Positions 19,960 through 29,893 of a stretch of 29,893 bases of DNA are shown here, piece after piece. How positions within the stretch are numbered: position 1 is the stretch's first letter; each line of letters opens with the position of its first letter. The stretch is from Octopus sinensis (taxonomy: Eukaryota), in contig NW_021832648.1 in NCBI RefSeq assembly GCF_006345805.1, forward strand, positions 1 through 29,893, in the 5' to 3' direction. The position numbers were made by a program, and so were the translations under genes. Below the pieces are notes generated by a model that made no database searches, was not told the DNA's origin, and saw nothing but the letters and a program-made list of their open reading frames with translations.

Positions 19960-20565
19960 TTTGTATCACTCTACCATAAACTACGAAATAACAACAGAGT
20001 GTGTCATCTTAAAAATGACATTATATAAAAGAAGGAATAAGACTTCCTAAACAATAATGAACCTAATGATGATACTTCAACGAAATGAAGCCAGTGAAAT
20101 TGTTGCATCCAAACTGTAATGGACTGCCAAGGGAGGTAATAATGGAAACTGCAACCGGAAATGTAAATTTCATAAAATAAATACTCTTTTTGTTTATTCT
20201 TCTTTTATTTATGTATTTATTCCAAGAAATCATTATTTCACAACTGATCGCCTGCCATACCACTAAATTTACAACTAAGTGTTATTTAATGACAGGTATG
20301 TTATCCAAAACTTTCCTTTATTTATTACATTCATTGAATATTTCATACAATCAAGAGTTACATAATTTTTTTTTTAATCACCTTATTTTACAAATCGATT
20401 GCAGTTAACTCCTGTCAACGAGAGTGCCATTATGCAACCGCTTGAAATGTTATAAAAAACACTTTTCGAAACAATAACAAACAAACAAACAAAAAAGCGC
20501 TGCTTGAAAAAAGATGGAATGGTCAGGGTTGGAACGTTTTTCATGTCTGATGGATCAGATCTCAC

Positions 20566-20700
20566 CTGAGGCTTAACAACATTATTAGGATCTTTTATGT
20601 TGCAAACTTTAAAAGCTAATAACTTTTTTATTTATTAATTTACGGCAAAAATGAATTTTATTTTCATAACTAGTATACAAAACTAAATAGGTACGCCAAA
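20566..20700 (-). other. Candidate SCYL3 5'UTR exon
   Basis: Long pyrimidine tract then ttttaaag| at 20701, and CAG|GTGAGA donor at 20566. Splice signals only. Confidence 0.3.
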
Positions 20701-20914
20701 CTTTAAAACAATTGGAATAAAATTAAAAAGAAAAAAGAAAACTGTGACAGCAACAGAAAAGATCCAGATCCTGTTATTATCACAAATTTTAGGAACATAT
20801 TTCCAAACTTCGTTGGGTGATAGGCCGAACACGCCCACTAATACAACGAGAAAACTCTTGTGTAGCTCCTCGACGTGCTAAGAAATAGTAGCTAAGGCAT
20901 TCCTACACATTTGT

Positions 20915-21133
20915 GCCCCACCGACTTCGTGCCTCATAACTTTCAGAAAAATGGATATCTTTTATGAAAGTTTCTACAAATACGCTTCATATTACGTAAA
21001 CTCAGATTATATCGGAATATGTGGCGAAAAAAAACTTTTTTATAATCGTATTCTATGCTCTTTGAAAGGTGTTTCTGTAAGGTTTCCTTAAAAGATATCC
21101 ATTTTCCTGAAAGTTATGAACAGATCGTGGGGC
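20915..21133. mobile_element. Fold-back MITE, unclassified
   Basis: CATAACTTTCAGAAAAATGGATATCTTTTA (20935-20964) versus its reverse complement (21089-21118) matches 29/30. Imperfect pairing extends out to GCCCCAC/GTGGGGC. No TSD recognised. Confidence 0.65.
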
Positions 21134-21303
21134 CGAGGGTTTCGAAAAATTCGCATGAGTTGGTTTTGTTTCCTCAAACATTAACCGTAGAAAGTTTGAG
21201 ACCCGTTAGCGAAAACAAGAAAATACCAGACTACGAGGTGGTTAAAAACTGTAGAAAAGGAATATGGAAAAAAAAAATCTGCGCAAACGAACGTGGGGAG
21301 AGG

Positions 21304-21560
21304 ACTTACGGAAAATTCCACAAGATCGGAATTTTTCTCTAATAACTTCAAGAAAATGGATATATATCGATGAAATTTTATAGAAATACCGTTCAAAAGG
21401 CACAAATTACGACTATAAAGACATTTCTGGGAAAAAAATTTTTCTGAAGGGCTAGGGAGAGGACTGTCGGAAAAGAGGGTACCTTGGCTCTCATCACAAC
21501 ACTGAGAGTGTAAGGGGTTACTAACTTTGTTTCTGCTGCGACAAATTTCCATTTATTTAT
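21304..21560 (-). promoter_or_regulatory. Candidate SCYL3 promoter / first non-coding exon
   Basis: Consensus donor ttcc|GTAAGT (21304-21309) in a non-repetitive, relatively CpG-retaining stretch upstream of the ATG exon. Confidence 0.35.
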
Positions 21561-21737
21561 TCTTAAGCTTCTCTTACTGCTAGAACCACCCTCTGCCTGG
21601 TACTGGCATTTATGTGAACAATGTAGACAATTGACAAGTATCAAATGCCACAATACATAAATTCATTATTTATTAAATTATCTTCATTGTAGAAGTATCA
21701 TAATTACTAAATGGTAATCGATTAGCATATTCAGGGC

Positions 21738-23988
21738 CATTTAGTCACCTACCAATCTGGTAGACACACTAGTCAAATTGACTACATCCTCACTAGGAAA
21801 CAGGAAAGCGACTACTTGTAAATGCCCAACCTTCCCAGGTGAAGAATGTACCCCACAATATAGATTAGTAGTTAGCGACTTCAGGATCAGGGCTAAATGG
21901 ATGCCCAGAAGATGACTAGAATGGCGGAGAAGGGTCTGGAAGCTTAAGGATCCTGCAAAAGAGATTGAGAGACATATTACTCAAAGCTGTGGAAGACAAC
22001 TGGAGTTTTCTACAGGACAACCTTTTGAGGGCTAGTGACCAGATCTGTGGATGGTGCAAAGTCTCTCTCACCCAAGGTAACATGGTGGTGGAACAATGTT
22101 GTTGACAGGGCTAGTAAGGAAAAGAAACAGGCTTTGAAAGACTGGAAGACCGGTGATAGCAGGGAATTGTATCAGACTGCCAAAAGGGAAGCTAGGAGAT
22201 AGGTTTATTTGGCCAGAGGGGAAGCAGATAAGGAAAAATTTGTCAATGTTCTGTGCCGTGATGACCAAAGACTTGAAGTATTTTCCTGTTGCCAAACAGT
22301 GTGTGAGAGAATCACGATGTCCTAGGAGAGAAATGTGTCCTCATGGGTGACGGTTCACTTGCTTCAAACGAAGCTGCAAAGAGACAGGTTTGGAGACGCC
22401 ATTATGAAAGTTTGCTAAATAAAGTGAATGAATGTGAGAAAGAGAGTCTGCCGAATGCCGGCCCAACAGAGGGACCAGCTATCTATCTAAATTGACAGTG
22501 CCTTGGTAGGTAAAGCAATTAAGGGTATGAAGACAGGGAAAGCACCCGGACAATCAGGAATCACCACAGAGATGCTCAAACTATCTAGCGGTGTCGGCTA
22601 TAGCCTAGTCAACCAGGTGATACATGAAGGAGTCATACCAATGACTGGTGTAGCAGCACCATAGTCAACTGCTAACAAAGGTAAAGGTGACGCATTAGAT
22701 ACAAATAATTACAGAGGTATCAAGTTGTTGGATCAGGTAATGAAGGTCACGGAGAGGGTCATAGCCCACGTAATTAGGGAGAGAGGTAGTCTAGATGTGA
22801 TGCAGTTTCGGTTCGTGCCAGGGGAAAGCACCACTGATGCTATATTTCTGATAAGACAGATGCAGGAGAAATAGCTAGTCCAAGATAAAACTCTGTACCT
22901 GGCTTTCATTGACAGTGTCCTCCGATCCCCTATCTGGTGGTCAATGAGGAGACTAGAGATGGATGAATGTTTATTGAGAGCTGTACAAGCCATGTACAGT
23001 AAGGTGACGGTTGGCAACGAGTACAGTGAAGAATATCGGGTAGGGGTAAGGGTCAACCTAAGATCAGTCCTCAGCCCCCTCTTATTCATTATAGTCCTCC
23101 AGGCAATAACAGAGGAATTCAAGACAGGCTGCTCCTCTATGCTGATGACCTTGCACTAATAGCAGAGTCACTGTCGGAACTGGAGCCAAAGGTAAGGGCG
23201 TGGAAGCAAAGTCTAGAATTGAATGGCCTTAGGGCTAACCTAGCCAAAACCAAAGTTTTAGTTAGTGTGCAGGCTGTCAAATCACAAACTCCTCTGTAGA
23301 AAAGGCATTGGTAGAAACTCCATACGATGCACCCGGTGTAAGCTATGGACACATAAAAGGTGCAGCAATATCAAAGGAAGGTTAACTGGGAAAATTATTT
23401 CTTGTGTGTGACAGATGCAGTGGGGCAATAAACACTGAAGGTGTTCAGAAAACAGCTTCCATTACATGCCTGGGGAAGAAACTAGAAGTAGTAAATACTT
23501 TCTACTACCTAGGCGACCAAGTATGTAGTGGGAGTGATTGTTCTGCGAGTGTAGCAACTAGAGTAATAATAGCCTGAGCAAATTCAGGGAGCTCCTACCT
23601 CTGCTGGCAGCTAAATGCCCCTCACTCAGGGGGAAAGGTGGACTGTATGATGCATGTGTGTGAACTGCCATGCTATACAGTAGTGAAACATGGGCCATGA
23701 ATGCCGAGGACATGCGTAAGCTTGCAGTATGCTTGAGTCAAGTAAAACCAATACCGTAGCTGGGGGCCGGTGACCCGCTAGCTGGCTCCTGTGCTGATGA
23801 GACATAAAGAACACCCACTACACTCTCAGAATAGTTGGCGTTAGGAAGGGCATTTAGATGTAGAAATTATGCTAGACTAGATTGGAGCCTGTTGCAGCAG
23901 CTGGCTCTCCAAGACTTCAGTCAAACTGTCCAACCCATGCCATCATGGAAAACGGACGTTAATCGATGATGATGATGACAACGACGAC
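21738..23988 (+). mobile_element. RTE-clade LINE, 5'-truncated and decayed
   Basis: APE C-terminus HLVTYQSGRHTSQIDYIL; KTGKAPGQSGITTEML; RGIKLLDQVMKV; QFRFVPGESTTDAIF; SVLSPLLFIIVLQAI; YADDL; FYYLGD; SETWAM; ends in a (GAT)n tail. Many stops, and an internal deletion near 23730. Confidence 0.9.
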
Positions 23989-23995
23989 AATTATA

Positions 23996-24300
23996 TTAGT
24001 AATAAAGTTGGGTGCAGACAAGAGCGATTTGTAGTAGAGAGCAATAGCGTTTGGAGCGAGCAAAGAGTTGGCGGCCGGCGATGCGATCGATCGAAAAGCT
24101 GTCATCTCGGCGGCGATATCGCCCGTGAGTGTGTGTCCGGTAGCGTACGTAACACACGGACGCATCGCGTTTATGCACGCGGCTAAGGCAGCTATTGCTC
24201 TCTAATAATCGCTTGCTTTTTATTAACTTAATGCATTCTTCACTTCGGCATACTGGGCAGAGATAGCATCGCATTCATGCACGCATTAGCTGTCTATCAC
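23996..24300. other. CpG-rich self-complementary island of unknown type
   Basis: About 27 CpG in about 270 bp. Outer imperfect inverted repeat AGCGATTTGTAGTAGAGAGCAATAGC / GCTATTGCTCTCTAATAATCGCT, plus inner pairings. Confidence 0.5.
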
Positions 24301-24513
24301 CACCTTAGCTATCATAAACAAACACAAGTTCATGTATGATATTAATCTTTCTTCTACTTCAATTATTACATGGTTTTTTCTTATAAAAATTCACACATAC
24401 AGGAGAAGTAAATTATACATATAATACTATAAATGTGGCTCTCGATAAACAGTCAAAGTAATTACCTGATCAACAATGGGTTTTACTGCTAGTATATATG
24501 TATACTAGCAGTA

Positions 24514-26119
24514 TACAGGTGACCAAATCTGATTTTCTACCTTGCAGTTAAGCAGATTCACTGTTTTAAAAATATCACTCAAGTATAATATTTTTTTTAA
24601 ACTCAGAAAGTCTTTCCAAAATTTTATTAGCTGTATCAGTTTGTCTTGGAGTTGTAATGAGTCATCTGACTCTTGAACATGAAAAAGTGGATTAATGGCT
24701 CCTACAAATTCACTAGTCTTTCAAGGCTCATGCCTTTTGACCCATCTTACTTCTGTGTGAAGCAATAGGGTTTTAAAATCTTCATCTTCACAGAATTGCA
24801 TAAAAAATCTATATTCACAGAGTTTGATTTGACAATGTTATTTGTATGTATGGAAGTGTTGAGTGCATTTTCCATGTGTCCTCCAATATTCTTAGCAACC
24901 ACATGCTGTCTGTGGATAATGCAACATATATTTAAAATGTGAGGAGCAACCGATTTCATTCTAGAAACAAAGCCTTTCACTTTTCCAGTCATGGCTGCAG
25001 CTCCATATGATGCAGTGTTGATCAAATTAGTCGATGGAATATTTTTATCATTAAAATACTGCATTACTTCATTGAATATATCTTCTCCATTAGTTGTTTC
25101 AAAAAAAACTTTTAATGAATAACATTTCTTCCCTTATATCATCTTCATGGTTGAATCTGACATAGACCAGAAGGATAACTTGGTTATGAATTGTGCTATC
25201 ATCAACCTGGATAGAAAAATTGGTCGTTCGGAGAATTTCCACAATCTTCTTTCTCCTCAACAAAATTAGACATTTCATCCTGTCTTCTTGTAATTGTGTT
25301 ATTTGAAAGTGGAATTGTACTCAGAGTAGGTTCAGCATCTTTTCCCAGAACCTCATTTGCTCAAGCTATCATAGCAGGCTTGACAAGATTCTCACCTTAA
25401 ATCTGAGGTGCTGCAACCTTGGCAATAATTTCAGAAACCAAATAACTTGGTTTGAGTATCTTTACTTTTTCAATATTTATCTTCTTTACAAAGTCAGGTA
25501 GTTTGATTAGCTGTATTTTCTTTTTATTCTCAAAATATTCCCGACCTTTACCAACAGATGATGGATGCCTTAATTTCTGGTGCTGCTCCAGCTTAACTTT
25601 CTTCATGGAATAATTTGTCATGATGGCATTATATTCAAGATACATAGGTTTTGAGTCTACAGATACAAAACCAAACATGATAAAATCTCTTTGCATTTCT
25701 TCAGTTTTGCCTTTTTAGCAGTTGGTTCAGTTATTACAACTGATCATAAAAAAAATAAAAATAATAAATATTTTATTTCTATAAATTTAAAGTATCAATT
25801 TATTATTAAACAATATTATGTAGTGATCTATTAAAAATATCGAATTTATTATGAAACTGTTGTGATTATAAAATTTAAATTATGTAGTTCTTGATTGTAA
25901 TATATCATTGATTATATATTATACATCATTGATTCTTATGGAATAATTATTGAATTTTGTTTTCTTATTATTATTCTGTCTTCATATAAATTATTATTAA
26001 CTAACAGTGTCTTTATTATCGAACAATATTGTGTAGATCTGAAATGGCTTCAATTTTTTACGGCTACGAATTCTCTGGGGACCACTGGTAGGTTCCAGGG
26101 ACCACATTGGGAATCACTG
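24514..26119 (-). mobile_element. hAT transposon (Buster/Charlie group, SCAND3/ZBED5/FAM200-like transposase), 3'-truncated
   Basis: 5' TIR CAGTGATTCCCAATGTGGTCC preceded by GTTTAAAG (NNNTANNN target). Broken ORF with FGFV..KP, KL..H...H, SY.VSE.IAK, GENLVKPA, IPLSNNTITRR, SIQVDDST, GAAAMTGKVKGFV, CIIHRQH, LLLHTEVRW, LQG. Confidence 0.88.
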
Positions 26120-26377
26120 CTTTAAACAATACTGGATGAAATTTTGTTAGTACATGAAACATGTTATAATTTACAAGTTCCAGTAGAATATGTGACAAAG
26201 ATAATATTCCTAGCTGAACTTATTCCCTTTAATTTTCTTGTACCAGAAACTTCCAACCCCAGCCAATATTAACGCCAGATAACTTACGCAGGACATTTTC
26301 ATAATAAAGAAGAAAAAATTAAAAGGCTTTCATCTTTTTCTTTTAAACAAAAGAATTTTTATAAAGATATATATAAA

Positions 26378-26560
26378 GGATAGCTTTATGGTTGAAAAAT
26401 TTGCTTCACACCCATGGGTTTCTGGGTTCAATTATGCTGTATGGTATATTGGGTAAGTGTCTTTTACTGTAGTCTTAGGTTGATCAATGTCATGTGAGTC
26501 AAATTGGGAGAATGATTCTATGAAGAAGCCCGCAAGATGTGTTTGTGTGTATGTGTGTGT
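26378..26560 (+). mobile_element. tRNA-derived SINE, decayed
   Basis: TGGTTGAAAAATTTGCTTC...CTGGGTTCAAT...TTGGGTAAGTGTCTTTTACTGTAG...GAAGAAGCCCG(TG)n; same family as 4603-4770. Confidence 0.6.
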
Positions 26561-27331
26561 GTTCATTTACATGTTTACTACTCTAGTATACTAGGCTATC
26601 AAAGGTTACTTTCAATGAACAGGCATCGTTAAAATGGGACCCTGCCCTATGTTTGGAATTATCTCTAATATTGATAGGGTCAATGAAAGACACCCAAAGA
26701 CAGTGCCTGAGCATGGTCATAGCACACTGACTGAAATTAATAAAAGAAGAAACAATTCTAAGTTTCAAAACATTTTTTAATGATAAACATCCAAATGTAA
26801 AGACAATGTTAAATGACTTTTCCAGGTGTAAATGTATGCATACATGCATAAATGGAATTTCCTTCTAAGTAGAAGTTCACCCGAAACAAAAGTCATGGAA
26901 ATTATTAGGATGAATATTCTTTGGGTGGGAGATCAGAATAAATAAAAGAATGCAAGTGAATGTGCCATGTAAAGTGGGATGGGTGGGTTGGTGAGGTGCA
27001 CAGCTGCCTTCAGAAACAACAGTAAAAAATCTCTGGTTTCATAATGGTTGAATCATTCGCCCAAAACAATGAGATTTTTTTTTCTTTTTTAAGACATGTA
27101 ATAGTAGACATGTATGGGGAATACTTATATTGATAGGAATCATTATTAACAAGAAAATAATTATACATACACACAACATATATATATACAAAATGAGAAA
27201 ATGGAGAAATATATCCAAATCAATCATCAACCATCAGATAATATCGAATCAATACTTTATTAAACCACTACACAATAGCAATGATATTATACATTAATAT
27301 AGTGCAAATATAACAAGACATAGAAATACAT

Positions 27332-27460
27332 TTACATTGTAGCTGACAGCTGTTTCGGCCGTGAAGACAGGTATGTCCCATTTACCTATTAGCCATATAA
27401 AGCAGGTATAAATGAGACATTAACAAGAATATCTCACGGCCTCTTCAGAATTTAATGCAA
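27332..27460 (-). ncRNA. Type I hammerhead ribozyme motif (Penelope-like/retrozyme type)
   Basis: UUGCAUUAAAUU-CUGAAGA-GGCCGUGA[69 nt]UCACGGCC-GAAA-C-AGCU-GUC/AGCUACAAUGUAA. The catalytic core is intact, stem II has 8 bp, stem III is minimal with a palindromic loop, and the GUC cleavage site falls at 27345/27344. Confidence 0.75.
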
Positions 27461-28089
27461 GTATGAAAAAGATTTACATATAAATATAAATATGTGTGCA
27501 TACACACTCATATTCTTACATATATATATATACACAATAATACAATATAAACAATATAGATCAATATACATCAACAAACACAATAATGTTCCATATTGAA
27601 CTCCACAGTTCCATAACCAACATCAAGAAACCACATGTACACTCACACTCAAAGCAGGCATATATATTGAACAGTCCAATATATTAAAATGTGCCATTTC
27701 ACAAAAAGTCAATAAAATTAATATCACCACGACTGATACATATATATTTCAATCATATATATATACATATATCATATGTATATATACATATAAATATCAT
27801 CAAATGCATGTATGTATCTGAATATGTCTTGTTTGATTTACATGTTTTTCGAGTCAAGTATGTTTTAAATTAAAAAATGATTGAAGTATTCTTTCACAAC
27901 CAGATGCCTTTCCTGTCATTAACACTTGACTGTGTTTTAAATAAGGAATCTCTTAATTACACATGTCTTGAAAGGCTTGAAGTAAGCAGACAATTTGTCA
28001 ACCAGAGAAATGACAACAGCAAACCTTGTAGCTTGCAACTTTTATAGAGCACAAACATAAACAGATATACACACATATTATATAGATAG

Positions 28090-28235
28090 ATTTCTTGCAG
28101 GTTCCATCTATCAAATTCACTCACAAGGATTTGGTCAATCTTGGCTATCATAAGTGATACTTGGCGAAGTTTGCCATGCACTGGGACTGAGCTCAAAACC
28201 ATATGATTAAGAAGGGAACTACGTGCCTGTGCCTT
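28090..28235 (-). mobile_element. tRNA-derived SINE head, decayed
   Basis: ATCAAATTCACTCACAAGGATTTGGTC...ACTTGGCGAAG...GGGACTGAGCTCAAAACCATATG; antisense copy of the same SINE family. Confidence 0.6.
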
Positions 28236-28600
28236 CTATCAGTCTTTCTGTACATATGTATGCGTGCATACATATATATATATATATACACACACATATA
28301 GTATGTAGATAGGCTGTAATCGAAGCCGTGTCCTCGTGAAGCACACCTGTATATTCCAGTATGCCAATATTGTATGTAGATGTTATAATTGTGTGAGGTA
28401 TGTATAAGAGTAGAAAAATATTGGAAAATAATATTTGCAGAGTAATTACGCATCAAAACAGTAGAGTGGAAAATATTTTTAGTATTATTTATTCACCATT
28501 GCACATGTTTCATTTGCTAGTACGAGTTAGAATATTATACATGTAAGAGAAAATTATAAAATATCTCTTATTAAAAACTCCTCAGACAGCAAATCAATTA

Positions 28601-29827
28601 TCAGATTGAATAAAAAATAAGCAACGTTTTGAACCATGAAGAATTTGTACCAGATTTTTGCAGGGTTTTGAATTTTTGTTAAACATTTTTTTGCAGTTGT
28701 CTGATAATACAGATATAAACTTACCCAAATGCATCAATAAATTAACATTTATATTTTTTTTTCCCCATTCATACAATCATCTGAAAGGGAACTGTGAAAG
28801 TGCGATATTTGAGCAGTTTTGCAATTCAACTTCAAAAAAGGATGTAAAGCAGCTAAAACTGTTCATGATATCAATGAAACATTTGGTGGGGAAATGACCA
28901 GTGAGAGGTCAGCTTGAAAATGGTTTAAATGATTTTGCAGATTGTGAGCATTATGGACGCCCATCTGTCATCGATGACAGTCAAGTAGAGACTGTCATTG
29001 AGAAAGATCCATATAAAACCACTTGAGAACTGGCAAAAGAACTTCAAGTTAGTCAGAAAACTGCCTGCAACCATTTTCATGCAATCAGAAAATAAAAAAG
29101 CTCGACAAATTTGAATGAAAATCAGAAAATGCTTATTGCTTCTTCTCCGCAACCAGACCAATCCATTTCTTGACCATATTGTAACTTGCAATGAAAAGTG
29201 GATTCTGTACAATAAAAAACGTTCTTTGCAGTGGTTGGAGCAAAATGAAGCACCAAAAACCTTCCCTAAACCCAAGCTCTTCAAAAAGGTTATGGTGACT
29301 GCTTGGTGGTGTACTTTTGGAATCATCCATTATAACTTTTTAAATCTGGAAAAAACATACTGCAGAAACATATTGTCATGAAATTGCCAAAATGAAAGAA
29401 AAACCGCTAATCCTCTGTCCCAGACTGGTCAACAGAAGAGGGCCAACCATTCTTCATAACAATGCTCGACCATAAATTTCACTAATGATGCTCCAAAAGT
29501 TGAAGGAACTTGGCTATGATTTCTTCCCCACCCAGCTTATTCCCCAGACCTTTCTCCTACCGACTACCACTTTTTCAAGCACCTTGATGGTTCCCTGAAA
29601 GAGAAGGAGTTCAAAAATCAAACTGATGCTGAAACTGTGTTCAAGGAGTTCATCAGCTCCAGAACTCCAGATTTTTATGTTACCAGAATAAACAAACTTG
29701 TAACTCATTGGCACAAATGTGTTGATTGTAATGGTACTTACTTTGATGAATAAAATTTCCACATTGCTGAAATATATTGTGATGAATTTCATGTTTCAAA
29801 ACGTTGCTTACTTTTTACTCAGCATGA
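28601..29827 (+). mobile_element. Near full-length mariner (Hsmar1/cecropia-like), pseudogenised
   Basis: TA|TCAGATTGAATAAAAAATAAGCAACGTTTTGAA ... TTCAAAACGTTGCTTACTTTTTACTCAGCATGA|TA. ORF pieces: PFLDHIVTCNEKWILY, KKVMVTAWW, LHNNARP, HPAYSPDLSPTDYHFFKHLD, KCVDCNGTYFDE*. Confidence 0.92.
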
Positions 29828-29893
29828 TAATACTCTCTAATTTTCTGTCAGAAGACTTTCTAACAGAAGATATCTTACATGTTTCTCTGTTAA

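Noticed and set aside
21055-21653. Overlapping 86-123-aa ORFs upstream of SCYL3
   Set aside because: No homology or motif was recognised; this is more likely promoter/UTR sequence.
26583-26849. Non-repetitive stretch with ORFs on both strands, a possible exon of a neighbouring gene
   Set aside because: There is no recognisable protein and no convincing pair of splice sites.
1-29893. CRISPR array, operon or prokaryotic defence system
   Set aside because: There are no regularly spaced repeat-spacer units or dense ORFs; the spliced gene and TE content show eukaryotic DNA.

Overview
AT-rich, repeat-dense animal genomic DNA, most likely from an octopus. That assignment rests on recalled octopus-type tRNA-SINEs and RTE tails ending in (GAT)n, not on a database search. 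The one clear host gene is a SCYL3 (PACE-1) pseudokinase orthologue on the minus strand. I reconstructed nine GT-AG coding exons by hand (19959 down to 1779; 1326 nt = 442 codons) with consistent splice phases; the C-terminal part lies beyond the left edge. The rest is mostly decayed transposable elements: three mariners, a Tc1, a Buster/Charlie-type hAT, a probable piggyBac 5' end, a probable Merlin MITE, other MITEs, an R4/Dong LINE, RTE LINEs and tails, a CR1/L2 scrap and SINEs. The most interesting signals are: a complete type I hammerhead ribozyme motif with a long stem II (27332-27460, minus); a CpG-rich fold-back island (about 24000-24300); a piggyBac-like end co-oriented inside a SCYL3 intron; a mariner built from two 5' ends; and a UCAU-rich microsatellite abutting the acceptor of an in-frame-skippable exon. 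No prokaryotic system or CRISPR array is present, and most ORF-track entries are spurious or TE fragments. Exon and TIR/TSD coordinates were counted exactly; limits of decayed repeats are approximate.
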